From a virus: a DNA stretch of 64,000 nucleotides. The stretch's first letter is position 1. Each line of letters begins with the position of its first letter. The position numbers and the translations under genes were made by a program. The notes beneath the pieces are model-generated. The model worked only from the letters and a program-made list of their open reading frames with translations, ran no database searches and was not told the DNA's origin. Below, piece by piece: positions 50,351 to 60,684 of this stretch. Location: positions 32,001 through 96,000 of IMG/VR virus record IMGVR_UViG_3300037418_002133; one strand, written 5' to 3'.

Positions 50351-52848
50351 TGGTCTCTTTCTCCGTTGTAAACCTTATTCATCGGGACGATTTGTGTGAG
50401 CGGCGGAATATCGCCGGCGAGGAAGCGTTTGCCCTCGGCTTCGATCAGTTCGATCACCCGATTGACTGTCTCATCCGTTGCGCCGCGAGTGCGATGCGCG
50501 ACGTTGTAGGGCTCGATGACTTGGGCGAGGAATTTCAGGTGGACAAGGTCGTCCCTCGTGACCCCCTGGAACCGAAACCGCTTCAAAAAGTGCATGAATT
50601 CCTTCGACACATACTGTTCGAAGGAATTGAACAGATCGTGGAAGCGCTTTTGGTCCGCCGTGAAGTGCTCGAATTCCGCTTCGTCGAGCCAGGCAGATTT
50701 GCCCTTCAAATTGCTGTTCGTGAAAAAGGATCTGGCGATGCGCCAGGTCTTGTAAGCCTCGTCGAGCTTGGCCGACGGCTTATAGGGCTGCATGAACAGC
50801 GCCGAGACCATACGTCGGCTCAATCCAGCCAACGCATTGATCAGATTGACCTCGTTGCCGGATCGCGCCACAGATCCGAAGCGCTCGAACAGCGAGGCGT
50901 AGGCGACGAAGGCGTGTTGTTCACTTCGAGGATTGACGACACGGCGCAATCGATCAAAGACCACGCTGGACAGGCGGGGAATGCCCATCTTGACCAGACG
51001 ATCGCGCTCCTCGGTCGAGATCGGCAGACAGGCATCGTCCGGCATAAGGTCTTCGTTGAGGTCACGCTGAAGGCTGTAGAGCACCGTCGGCTTGATCCGC
51101 TCGATTGTCGGCTGCATTGGTCCGATTGTGACGTACTTCGGCTTGACCTGGACTTTCTTGCGGGTCAGCGCGACCGGGTGAAACATCGAGGGTGTTTCGA
51201 TGCTCGGCGCCTCGGCGACGAAATATTGGTTGTAGTTGCGATCCTGAATGGATTTGGTGAACTTGAACGGGGTGAACAACATCGATTTCGGCGCGTGTTC
51301 GCGCACAATGACGCTGCGCCGGAGACGCTTCTGCGCCTCGACAGCCTTAACCCTAAGTCGGAACCACCCCGCACGCCGGGTCATTTCCTCGATCTGTTCG
51401 GGCGTGATCGATTTGGAGATAATTCCGAAGCCGTAGCACTCGCTTTTCTGGAAAGCTGTGACCGATGGCGCGACAGTGAGGAGATCGTAGGAGTTGTAAG
51501 TGAGAGACGCGCGGCGCGTCTTTGTCAGTGACTGCGGCGCGCTGTCAAATCCGTACTTGAAGTACAGCTTCGCGTCTGGAATATCGACGATCAGCCGCGC
51601 CAGACGAGAGACCATCAGCCGGTGATAGTCATTCTCCCAGCGCATATCGGGATAGTTCTTTCCGATGATGGACCTAAGCAAATATTTGCGGTGATCGCGG
51701 TAGTAGTCCGCGAGAGTCCGAACTGTGGCTGGCTCTATGCCGCCCCTTTGATCGTTCAGTTTGGCGTGCGCTATCAAACGCGCGGCTTTCTCTGCACCAA
51801 TAAATCCGTCGTTTTCCGGGAATGGTTCGCCGATAGTGCTGGCCCGAGAAATCAGCTTTGAACGATCATATCCTTTGAACCGCTCGATGACGATTTCCTT
51901 CGTTACGCGACCGTACACGCTTTCAAGCTCATGCGCGGCCCGACGCATCATTCGCATGAGAGCATTAACGGTCTTCTCGTTGTAGCCCAGACCCTCGCGT
52001 GAGGGCTGAACCGACAGCGAGGAGGGCGACGCATAGAAGACGAAGGAAAACCCGTCGCGCCGGAACTTGCGCAGACGTTCGGCGAACGGTCGCAGCGCAT
52101 CATTGATGTCGATCGGGTACAGAACGTGTCCATAAAGGACGCTGAAACTGCTCCGCGCGAACCGCTCGTCATCATCGACCTCGAATAAGCCGAAACCAGC
52201 ATCCTCCAGGCCGGAATAGTCACGACCATTCTCGAACAACTTGCCGTTCAAATTGATCGGCAAGCCACTATTGCGCGCGAACGCCGAGAGCGCTCGCTCG
52301 AACGGGTTTCGATACTTCTCCTCGATCGGGATCGAGACCAGCAGGCCGCTTTCCTCCGTCGGACCCGTCGCCATCACCTGAGCAGTCGGCTTGCCGTCGG
52401 TATCGTCGTTGCCGATCGACAGCAGATAGGTGCGCTTCGTTCCTTCATGATGACTCGTGATCATGAAGTGATCGGTCAGACAGAAGGGCGCTTTACAGCC
52501 GAGCCCAAACCCGCCGATCTGTTGATCGTCGTGGGTCTTGGTCGAGCCGAAATACGTCAGGTAAATCTCGGAAATCTTGTCGTCCGGAATGCCGGCGCCA
52601 TAATCTCGAAAAGTGAGCGTTGTATCCGAGAGCGTAACCTCGATCGGACGATCGGCGATGCCGGCAGCGACGTGGGCGTCATAGACGTTGCAGATGGTCT
52701 CGCGGACGATCGCCATCGGCTTGTCCTGGTACAACGCATCGGACAAAATCTTGAAGGCGTGCGCTGACGCCGCGATCTGAAATGAATGCTGTTTTCCGCC
52801 GCCAAGAACAGCGTACTTGTCAGATTCGTATGCCTGACTGACTTGCAT
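50344..52848 (-). CDS. rIIA: rIIA-like protein (GHKL ATPase N-terminus)
   Basis: AFKILS..LY, VRE..CN..DAH, DYGAGI, STK, GGFGLGCK. Confidence 0.88.
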   Translation of the reverse strand: MQVSQAYESDKYAVLGGGKQHSFQIAASAHAFKILSDALYQDKPMAIVRETICNVYDAHVAAGIADRPIEVTLSDTTLTFRDYGAGIPDDKISEIYLTYFGSTKTHDDQQIGGFGLGCKAPFCLTDHFMITSHHEGTKRTYLLSIGNDDTDGKPTAQVMATGPTEESGLLVSIPIEEKYRNPFERALSAFARNSGLPINLNGKLFENGRDYSGLEDAGFGLFEVDDDERFARSSFSVLYGHVLYPIDINDALRPFAERLRKFRRDGFSFVFYASPSSLSVQPSREGLGYNEKTVNALMRMMRRAAHELESVYGRVTKEIVIERFKGYDRSKLISRASTIGEPFPENDGFIGAEKAARLIAHAKLNDQRGGIEPATVRTLADYYRDHRKYLLRSIIGKNYPDMRWENDYHRLMVSRLARLIVDIPDAKLYFKYGFDSAPQSLTKTRRASLTYNSYDLLTVAPSVTAFQKSECYGFGIISKSITPEQIEEMTRRAGWFRLRVKAVEAQKRLRRSVIVREHAPKSMLFTPFKFTKSIQDRNYNQYFVAEAPSIETPSMFHPVALTRKKVQVKPKYVTIGPMQPTIERIKPTVLYSLQRDLNEDLMPDDACLPISTEERDRLVKMGIPRLSSVVFDRLRRVVNPRSEQHAFVAYASLFERFGSVARSGNEVNLINALAGLSRRMVSALFMQPYKPSAKLDEAYKTWRIARSFFTNSNLKGKSAWLDEAEFEHFTADQKRFHDLFNSFEQYVSKEFMHFLKRFRFQGVTRDDLVHLKFLAQVIEPYNVAHRTRGATDETVNRVIELIEAEGKRFLAGDIPPLTQIVPMNKVYNGERDQW

Positions 52849-52926
52849 GATTTCCCCTTGTGTAACGTCGTTCGCTAAGAAGAACATAGCGAACGACGCT
52901 GCGGATTGCGGTTGGTAGAGTGTCGG

Positions 52927-53949
52927 CTAGATGTGGCAGTCGACGATGGCGATCCACGTCTCGGGCGACAGACCGTCGAGCATTTCGGCGACCTTCTTCT
53001 GCCACTCGCTTTCGCTCATTTCGTCGGACGACATGCCGAACCAGCCCATTTCGCCCTTCTGATACCAGCAGCCGTCTTTGACGATGGCATAGGTCTGAAG
53101 GACGCGAGCGCGAGCAGCCGCGACGTAATCGTCAACCGAACCGCTGTAGGCGATCAGATCGTTGTCGCCGTTGAAGAAGCTGACGAGATTCGCCTTCTGA
53201 AGGTCGAGGTGAACCTGATCCTTGCGGTATTCCTCGCGCGCTTCGTCGATCCGTTCGGTGCCGAACTTGTCGAGCGTGTCCTTCCAGAGGACAATCGGAC
53301 GGCCGGCGATGATTTCCTGCGCCTTGTTGAACTGTTCGAGGGCTTTGGCGCCGGCTTCATCGCGAAGCGCATCGAGTGGAATATCCTTGAGTTGCGCGAT
53401 ATTTCCGATGTTGCGCCAGTTGGTCGGCCATTTCGGCTTGCCGTCCTCGTCGATGTTCTCCGGATCGGTCGACGGGTCATATTCCGGCTTGAGCATACCG
53501 CTCCAGCGACCACCAACTTGCCACCAATCCCACTTCTTGTTCGGATTGGTCTTTTGATAGTAGCGACCGTCCCGTGCGCCTTCCTCGATGCCGAAATGAT
53601 CCTCGGCACACTCATCCATCGTCTTGTAGCCGATGCCGATCTGCCGAGCTTCATCGGCCGATACCGTCTTTTCGACGGCGCCTTCGGGCAACTTCCACGT
53701 CTTACAGCGGTCGTCCGTGATGACGTAACACCGATCGTCGTAGCGGCTGATCATGGAACCATCGGCGAGAACGACGACCTTCTGATCGCGGTTGAAAATC
53801 TCAAGGACTTCGTCGGTAATGTCCTCTTCGACCACGTATTGATCGACAATGCCGGTGCATTCGTATTCGTGCCAGGGCTGAAGGATCGGCGCCAGCGTTT
53901 CGTCATTCAACTCCTTGTCGTGAATGACCATGACCGAGAAATGGCTCAT
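52927..53949 (-). CDS. Hypothetical phage protein
   Basis: MSHF.V.V, NP..KWDWWQVGGRW, G.MGWFG, VDCHI. Confidence 0.65.
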   Translation of the reverse strand: MSHFSVMVIHDKELNDETLAPILQPWHEYECTGIVDQYVVEEDITDEVLEIFNRDQKVVVLADGSMISRYDDRCYVITDDRCKTWKLPEGAVEKTVSADEARQIGIGYKTMDECAEDHFGIEEGARDGRYYQKTNPNKKWDWWQVGGRWSGMLKPEYDPSTDPENIDEDGKPKWPTNWRNIGNIAQLKDIPLDALRDEAGAKALEQFNKAQEIIAGRPIVLWKDTLDKFGTERIDEAREEYRKDQVHLDLQKANLVSFFNGDNDLIAYSGSVDDYVAAARARVLQTYAIVKDGCWYQKGEMGWFGMSSDEMSESEWQKKVAEMLDGLSPETWIAIVDCHI

Positions 53950-54028
53950 TGTGTCCTCTTGCGTGTTGTGAAAGTGAAGAGACGATATCGAGCTATCATC
54001 TGGAATGCGGTCGGTAGATCGCTGGCGT

Positions 54029-54637
54029 TTAGTGGTGGACGATCTGTTTGGACTGCGCGGCGATCTCCCCCATTCGCCGATAGATGATCTGGCAAGCCAG
54101 GTCGCGGCGATCGTCCATATGCGTCGTGTCGAGCCGACTGACGTACATATGAGGCTCGACCAGGCTCGCAGCGCCCTCGATCAGAAGCTGGACGCAACGC
54201 TGATAGCCAAGGTTCGGCGGGGGCGACTTGGGATCCGCCGTATAACTGGCGAGCGGCCCGACAATGATGACAGTGTCGAAGTGGCGAATCGCCTCGTCGA
54301 GGCATTGGTCGACGTACTTGTTGACCCTCTCGCCAAGCTCGACCGATGAATTGTGCATGGTGATCTCGCCGAGCATGTAGCCGATCATGTCGAGTGGCGT
54401 GCGATCAGTGATCAGCGGGCGAGGGGCCTTTTGCAGATTCTGGAGGTAGCGCTTGAGCAGAAATTCCTGCGCCTCTACCCGCTGCTCCAGCGGAATATCA
54501 CCCACGGCGTTGATGCCGAATTCGGCCATCAGCTTCGTGGTGCTGGCGTCGAAATAGTGCATTCCCAGGGCTTCCGAGACTTGCTTCGCCAGTGTCGTCT
54601 TGCCGGACCGGTGACAGCCGCTGATTGCAAATGCCAT
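54029..54637 (-). CDS. P-loop NTPase / nucleotide kinase-like protein
   Basis: GCHRSGKTTLA, TDRTPLD..GY. Confidence 0.8.
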   Translation of the reverse strand: MAFAISGCHRSGKTTLAKQVSEALGMHYFDASTTKLMAEFGINAVGDIPLEQRVEAQEFLLKRYLQNLQKAPRPLITDRTPLDMIGYMLGEITMHNSSVELGERVNKYVDQCLDEAIRHFDTVIIVGPLASYTADPKSPPPNLGYQRCVQLLIEGAASLVEPHMYVSRLDTTHMDDRRDLACQIIYRRMGEIAAQSKQIVHH

Positions 54638-54638
54638 G

Positions 54639-55259
54639 TCAGACTCCCGTTGAGCCGTAGGCGCCGGTGCCGCGACCCGTCTCGGACAGATCATCGACCT
54701 CGTAGAGATACGCCTTCCAGCGCGGCTGAAACACGAGTTGAGCAATCCGATCACCAGGCTTGACCTGAAAAAGCTCCTTGCCGGCATTGTAGAGAATGAC
54801 GCCGATGCCGCCCCGATAGTCGGGGTCGATCGTTCCGGGGCTGTTCAGAACCGTGATGTGCTTCTTGAGCGCCAAACCGGAACGCGGTCTAACCTGTGCT
54901 TCCACGTTCGACGGCAGATTGAGAGCGATATTGGTGATGATCAGGCGAGTTTCACCTGGCGGGATCGAGGCGTCCTGGTCGGCGCACAAATCCATGCCGA
55001 CAGCTTGATCGGTCGCATACTTCGGCGCGATCGCTGTACTGCTAAGGCGCTTGAACGAAATGCCGACCTCGTTGGTGCAACGATAGGACGGCGCCTTTGA
55101 CAGATCGCCAAAAAGCGATCGTGATTGTCCGATGGCGGGAGTGGGATAAACGTCATCAAAAGAGGGCTCGACATATTCGAAACGCTCAAGATCGCCGCTT
55201 TCATTGACGCGAACGCTGGGAGTGCGAAACCAATTCAAGAAAGACATTGAAAACCTCAT
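54639..55259 (-). CDS. dut: dUTPase
   Basis: GMDL, RPRSGLA, GTIDPDYRG, DRIAQL, RG.GAYGSTG. Confidence 0.95.
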   Translation of the reverse strand: MRFSMSFLNWFRTPSVRVNESGDLERFEYVEPSFDDVYPTPAIGQSRSLFGDLSKAPSYRCTNEVGISFKRLSSTAIAPKYATDQAVGMDLCADQDASIPPGETRLIITNIALNLPSNVEAQVRPRSGLALKKHITVLNSPGTIDPDYRGGIGVILYNAGKELFQVKPGDRIAQLVFQPRWKAYLYEVDDLSETGRGTGAYGSTGV

Positions 55260-55774
55260 GAAAAGAGGAGGCTTAGACCTCCTCTGTTGGCGCCGGCGTT
55301 GTTTGATCAGGCGATCAAATTGCTGAGGTTCTTGAGCGTCTTCTCGGCGCGATCAGCGTTGGCATCGGCCTGAGCCGCATTCACCTGTGCGAGACGCTGT
55401 TCCTCGCGATGCTTTTCAGCCTTGGCGCGATTGCTCGCGACGAAGGTGTCAAGATCGCGCTGGATCTTGGTGAAGCCGTTAATGATGCTGTCGTAGGTCT
55501 TTTCGAAAACTGCCATGATAACTCCGTGGGTTGGCGTGTAGAGAAAGGATTAGGAGAGGGCGATCTGCCCAGCGGCGATCTGACGCTGGCGCCGTTCGCG
55601 CTCCCGCTTGCCGTTGGGCGCGTACTTCTTCGATCGGTTGATGCCGGTCGTGTAGGTGACGCGCGGATCGAAGGGGCGGTCGCCGAGAAATTCCTTCACA
55701 GCGCGGGGCGGAACCTTGAGAAGTTTCATGTTTTCCTCGAAAAAGTCAGTTCTGACTTATAATATAGCGCAAAA

Positions 55775-56722
55775 TTACAGACACTCGTTCGGAAGCATTT
55801 TGCGGTACTGGCGGAACCCGACGAAGTTGCCGTGCTGATGAGGATTGAACCAACCGAACCTACCGAAGCCAAGCCCGCCGATATCATCAGCCTGCGCGAC
55901 ATGCTCGCAGGGACTGGCGTGAAGCGGCGTCGAGGCCACAAGTTTGTCGTGCAGGGCGATGGCGCGGTCGAGCGTCATGTCGAAGCCGTCAACGGTCTTG
56001 TAGGAGGTCGAGGCACAGCGGGCGACGGATAGCTTGCGTAGAGCCAGACTTATGCGTTCATTAGTTGGATTGATCTTTACTCCATTGCGAAGGTAATCGA
56101 TCGTCAGACGAACATCGTCAGGCTGAACAAATGGCATGTGCCACTGACCCGGCTCCAGCGTCTGGATCGTGCTTTCATCGTCCAGACACTTCCGAACCTC
56201 ACGCGCCAGCATCGCAATGTGCGGTTCGGCGTCGGGATGATCGCGCAGCGCGAGGAAGTTGGACCAGGCGACCAGATCCATGCCGGACGCGAGCACCGTG
56301 ATGTGCATCCACGGCTCGATCAGGCGGTTCACGATTTGCTTATGGTAGCCGGCCGCGTCAAAGGCTTCGGCAATGCGAATGACATTGTCGCGAGCCTCAA
56401 GCCACGCTGCTTCGGGCAAGGACGGGCAATCCGTGCCGTCGAATCCGCGATACCGTACCGGCTCGTTGCACTCCTCGAACGCCTGCATTCCCTTCTGATT
56501 CTTGCCCCAATGCAGCGGCACGAACGGATCGTCCTTGATCGACTGAATCAGTTTGGCGACCGGAATGGCGCGGGAGCTGGCCGAGTTCTTCGAAAGCATT
56601 CGGTGCGTCATGAACTCGGCGTGGATACAGCGCGGATAGCGGAGCAATAGGGTGCTCAACACCTTGTCCGACGATGCTGCGTTACGGCTGCGAAGAATGG
56701 TCTTGGCCGAAATCGTGGTCAT
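55775..56722 (-). CDS. thyX: FAD-dependent thymidylate synthase
   Basis: YPRCIHAEFMTHR..S.NSASSRA, HKQ.VNR, HASP.EH. Confidence 0.8.
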   Translation of the reverse strand: MTTISAKTILRSRNAASSDKVLSTLLLRYPRCIHAEFMTHRMLSKNSASSRAIPVAKLIQSIKDDPFVPLHWGKNQKGMQAFEECNEPVRYRGFDGTDCPSLPEAAWLEARDNVIRIAEAFDAAGYHKQIVNRLIEPWMHITVLASGMDLVAWSNFLALRDHPDAEPHIAMLAREVRKCLDDESTIQTLEPGQWHMPFVQPDDVRLTIDYLRNGVKINPTNERISLALRKLSVARCASTSYKTVDGFDMTLDRAIALHDKLVASTPLHASPCEHVAQADDIGGLGFGRFGWFNPHQHGNFVGFRQYRKMLPNECL

Positions 56723-57021
56723 GCTGCGTTGTCCATGTCCGTTTCTTGAATTTGAAGTTCCTTGCCGGCATAACCCATCGCCACGAGCGAACGCGCGACT
56801 AGATGCCAGACGTGAATTGCAAGGCGGGGATATTTCCGAACAAAGCCGGATCGCTGAGAAGTACGCCGATCAAGATCCTCTTTGGAGCGACCCCGTAGCG
56901 TGGTGCAGGAATAATCGCCCTTGGTCGCCGTGCCGCCGATATTGCAGATGTGCATCCGCGCCAGTTCAGAAACCTCGCCTGTGATAGCGGAATGTAATTC
57001 GACCCGAACAACGATCATTTG

Positions 57022-57393
57022 TTACCACCAAGAAGTGTAGTAGACCGATCGTCCGTCCTCGATCGCTGCGCGCGCCAACCGGATGAATTCGATATCCTCA
57101 CCGATACGATCGGGCGTGGTCTGGCCGAAGAAAAATCCTGATGTCTCGGGGAGAGATTGACCAAGGACGACCTTCTCCAGCGTATCGAGATCGGCGCTGG
57201 TGACTTCAACGGTGTTCAGGTTAAAGTCCTCGCTGGTGCCACCCTTCAATCTGTATAGATTGTGCATCCAACCATGCAGATTCGGATGCTTGCGCCAGTA
57301 GTACAGCTCCTCGTCAGCTTCGAGTTCTTCGAAGTCCGCCGGCTTGTCGAATTTGCCGTCGCGAACCTTCGCATACATGTCGAGACCCATCAT
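57022..57393 (-). CDS. Hypothetical protein
   Basis: MGLDMY, YWRKHPNLHGWM, GFFFG, YYTSWW. Confidence 0.65.
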   Translation of the reverse strand: MMGLDMYAKVRDGKFDKPADFEELEADEELYYWRKHPNLHGWMHNLYRLKGGTSEDFNLNTVEVTSADLDTLEKVVLGQSLPETSGFFFGQTTPDRIGEDIEFIRLARAAIEDGRSVYYTSWW

Positions 57394-57547
57394 GCCCTCT
57401 ATTCATTTAATCACCGCGCCCTGGCTTTTCGCCAGGGGCGGGATTTGTGCTGCCGGTACGGGATGGTCTGAAATCAACGCATGATCGCCTCCTGTGTTTC
57501 CCGGTAGATCAGATTCGAACAAAAGTCAAAACTGACTTATTCAATGA

Positions 57548-58126
57548 TCACTTTATAGCAGAAATGACGCGGGAAGCGACCGGCTTGTGAAGGGGCTGAT
57601 AAAGCGTCGTCTTTGAATTCCTGCCGGCGTCCCAGACGCACCACATGACCTCCATCGTCGGTCGGCCGAGACCGAGGAAGTCAGGGCGCCATAGCAGCGG
57701 CAGCACCGCAGCCGGACGATGTTTCCGGAATAGGCTCGAACGGCTCTTGGCGTGCCAATAGGTCGATTTGAGCACCATCGCCATGCGTCGGGGTTTCAGC
57801 ACCTCCTGGCAATGAACGATGATGTCCTCGGCCAGATTGAAGGGCGGATTGGTGACGATGTTGTCCGCCAAAGGCTCCTTGATATCGAAGATCGAGGCTT
57901 GCGAGCCGTAACCGCGATCGACGAGATCGGTGCCGACCACGTCATAGCCGTGCCGTTCGAGGACACGAGCCATGGCGCCGTCACCACAGCAGCATTCATG
58001 CATGGTTCCAGAGAACCTGATGGTTCGACACAGAGCCTCGGTAACCTCGTCCGGTGTCGGATACCAATCATCGTCCTGGCGACCCTCGGAAGGATCGCCA
58101 CCCGCCATTGCCGCGCCAAGACCCAT
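57548..58126 (-). CDS. DNA amino-methyltransferase (N6-adenine type)
   Basis: D.YPTP, ECCCGDG motif I, TNPPF motif IV. Confidence 0.8.
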   Translation of the reverse strand: MGLGAAMAGGDPSEGRQDDDWYPTPDEVTEALCRTIRFSGTMHECCCGDGAMARVLERHGYDVVGTDLVDRGYGSQASIFDIKEPLADNIVTNPPFNLAEDIIVHCQEVLKPRRMAMVLKSTYWHAKSRSSLFRKHRPAAVLPLLWRPDFLGLGRPTMEVMWCVWDAGRNSKTTLYQPLHKPVASRVISAIK

Positions 58127-60585
58127 TACGCAGCCTTCTCGGCCGCGAAGTCCACAGGACAGGCGCCACCTTCGCAATCGACATGCTCAAAGCCGACGTC
58201 CTCCTGCATACCATCAGCAGCGATCGCCGCAGCGATATGCTCGAACTCAGCCTTGGTGACCGCCTGTTCCGGCTGATATTCGAACGCCGTGGTGTCGATC
58301 TGCGGCATCACCGAGCAGCAGCGAATCTTGAACTGCCCCTTGATCAGCGTGTCCAGGAAGCGGTCGAAGGTGATCTCCTTCGGCTTGTACTTTAGCGTAT
58401 AGGAGACCTGGTTGCCGGTTTCGGGAAGCGGCGTCACGCCATCCGCTTCGACGCCCGTAAGCCAGTATTTTTCGAGCAGTTGCAGGAAGCGATATTGCTC
58501 CTCCGGTGTCGCCTCGGCCGCGGTGACCACCCAATCGCCACCATCGAGGTCGCAGATCGCCGGCTTGGTCGGGAAACCAACGACGGTCGTGCCCTCGTAA
58601 GTCTTGAGGCGCTTGATCGGGTAGCCTTTTTCCTCGTATTCCTTGACCAGCGGATCGTCGTTGCGGAATTGCACCCAGCGCAAGAACTCGCGCATCGAGG
58701 GCAGGTGGGCGCCCTCTGTCAGTCCGAACAGCTTCGAGGTCGTGCCGGCGGGCTTGAATGTCGTGTTGGTGTGCGGCGTATTGACGCCGAGTTGCTTCGA
58801 ATAATATTCAGCCTCCTCGACGATCGCCCGCTTGAACCGCGACATGGTCAGCCACAGATCCTTGGACTTCTCCTCGTCGATCAGATCGTGCCAGGTGTAT
58901 TTGAACCGGGCATAGGCCCATTCGTGGAAACCTGTGATGCCGACGCCGATCCGGTTGGTGCGGGTGACCTCGCGCTTGTAGAGGAAGTCCATCAGATTGA
59001 CGCGGATAAGGGCGCGGGTCGCGGTCCGGAACGCATCTTCAGCGTCATCGTCGTTCTTGGCGTGGAACGGCACGACGTCTGCAATGGTGCAGTAGCCGCC
59101 CAGCAGCAGCAGCACGATTTCGCCGCAGGGATTGGTGATGACCTTGTAATTCAGGCCAATCGCAGCCTTGGCCAGCGCCTGCATCAACGGCAAGGACTCG
59201 GTGTCGAGTTTGAAGCGCGAGCTTTCCGCAAACAGACCGTCAGCGTATTCCTCGATGCCGGAATTGTTCTGGGTCAGGCGATCCTGATTGATGATGCCCG
59301 GCTCGCCGGTCTTGTCATAATAGGCGGCTTCGGCGATTGCCATCATGACCCGGTATGCGTGCGCTTCTTCTGCCGAAATACGCCGTCCACGCAGCAACCA
59401 GGCGATCTTCTCCTCGTCGTTCCGGAAGCCTCTAAATTCAGCGCGACCGTCGGTCATGAACTTGCGAACCTTGAGCACGGCGTCCCGGAAGTCCTGGTCG
59501 ACCGTGACCGAGTTGTTCGACGACCACAGAAAACCGCCGCGCTTAACCTGGATGAAGTCCAGAACGCTCTCGTCTCGCCAATACTTGGTGGCCATACGGG
59601 CCGCACGACGCGCTCCACCCACGAGAACGCATTCCGCGGCATAATGGTCGGCGTACATCGCAGCGCGCCAGGGAGCCATCCCAGCGTCCCTGAGCTTGGC
59701 GATATTGACGATGGCGCCCATCAACGGGCCGGGACCGCTCGCGGGGCGGCCCTGCATCCCCATGATCGGCGCGTTCTTCGGTCGAACCCCGGTAAAGTCC
59801 AGGATCAGGACTTCGTCGCGCCGACCCTCGAACGCCATCCGCTCGATTGTCTCGAACGCCTTGGCCCAGCCCTCGCGACTGTCGGGGACGTCGAACGTGG
59901 TGATCTTGCGCCCTGAATAGAGGTGCTCGGCGTCGCGCTTGGTCTGGTAGCCCTGGATGATGCCCTTTTCGACGTCCTTGTGGCTCCAATCGATCGTACA
60001 GACCACGATCGGCATCTGGTTCAGGTCCGCCTTGATCATCGCATCGTCGTAGGCGCGGCCGACGCCGGATCCATTGAGTAGCAGGTAGAACAGGATGAAG
60101 GTTGAGGCGCTGGTCGAACAGTTGGTGAAAACTTCGCCGGGACGGCTCGGCTGCGTTTCATCGCCGTGTTGCAGATGCCGGCCCGACATCAGAAGGGACG
60201 CCTGGCGCAGGTGATGCCGAAGTTGCTCGCGCTCTGGCAATTGGAAAAGTGGACGCGGTTCCAGAAGAGAATTGCCGAGAGCGACACGCTCAGCGACGTC
60301 TTCCCACTCCTCGACTTCCTGCCGGCCGATTGCCCAGAAATGACCCGACACCGCAACATCATCGCCGTGCGCGACATGATATTCGCCGTTCGTCACGTAA
60401 CCCTGATTTTCGGCGTGCTTGACGATCTGAATATCCAGCGACTGATTGTCGTCGCGAGGAACTAGGAATTTAATCCGGCGGGGTTTCTTGTATGTGCGGA
60501 CGATCTTGCGGTTGATGGTGCGGTCTGCAACGGCCTTACCCATTGCTCCAAAGTAGTGACGTGCGGACGTGGAAAGCCGGCTCAT
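58126..60585 (-). CDS. nrdJ: Class II (B12-dependent) ribonucleotide reductase
   Basis: TNC, GSGVG, DSREGW, ASGPGPL, TNPCGEI, KPAGT.S; no beta subunit nearby. Confidence 0.88.
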   Translation of the reverse strand: MSRLSTSARHYFGAMGKAVADRTINRKIVRTYKKPRRIKFLVPRDDNQSLDIQIVKHAENQGYVTNGEYHVAHGDDVAVSGHFWAIGRQEVEEWEDVAERVALGNSLLEPRPLFQLPEREQLRHHLRQASLLMSGRHLQHGDETQPSRPGEVFTNCSTSASTFILFYLLLNGSGVGRAYDDAMIKADLNQMPIVVCTIDWSHKDVEKGIIQGYQTKRDAEHLYSGRKITTFDVPDSREGWAKAFETIERMAFEGRRDEVLILDFTGVRPKNAPIMGMQGRPASGPGPLMGAIVNIAKLRDAGMAPWRAAMYADHYAAECVLVGGARRAARMATKYWRDESVLDFIQVKRGGFLWSSNNSVTVDQDFRDAVLKVRKFMTDGRAEFRGFRNDEEKIAWLLRGRRISAEEAHAYRVMMAIAEAAYYDKTGEPGIINQDRLTQNNSGIEEYADGLFAESSRFKLDTESLPLMQALAKAAIGLNYKVITNPCGEIVLLLLGGYCTIADVVPFHAKNDDDAEDAFRTATRALIRVNLMDFLYKREVTRTNRIGVGITGFHEWAYARFKYTWHDLIDEEKSKDLWLTMSRFKRAIVEEAEYYSKQLGVNTPHTNTTFKPAGTTSKLFGLTEGAHLPSMREFLRWVQFRNDDPLVKEYEEKGYPIKRLKTYEGTTVVGFPTKPAICDLDGGDWVVTAAEATPEEQYRFLQLLEKYWLTGVEADGVTPLPETGNQVSYTLKYKPKEITFDRFLDTLIKGQFKIRCCSVMPQIDTTAFEYQPEQAVTKAEFEHIAAAIAADGMQEDVGFEHVDCEGGACPVDFAAEKAA

Positions 60586-60684
60586 TTTCGAGTCCTTCAG
60601 TTTTGAATTTGACGGGAATCTGCAATCCTAAATAAGTCAGAACTGACTTACAAAGGAGATATTTCTTTTTCTTGGGGTTGACGA

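Larger units (their letters stand above)
30917..54014 (-). promoter_or_regulatory. Dispersed phage promoter CC-N9-CC (core CCRNCCGCAWYCC)-N14-(T/G)ANNNT
   Basis: Plus-strand starts at 30917, 31439, 32954, 37433, 38196, 38690, 42024, 44908, 52903, 54002, each with a 14-bp spacer to a -10-like hexamer. Confidence 0.75.
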
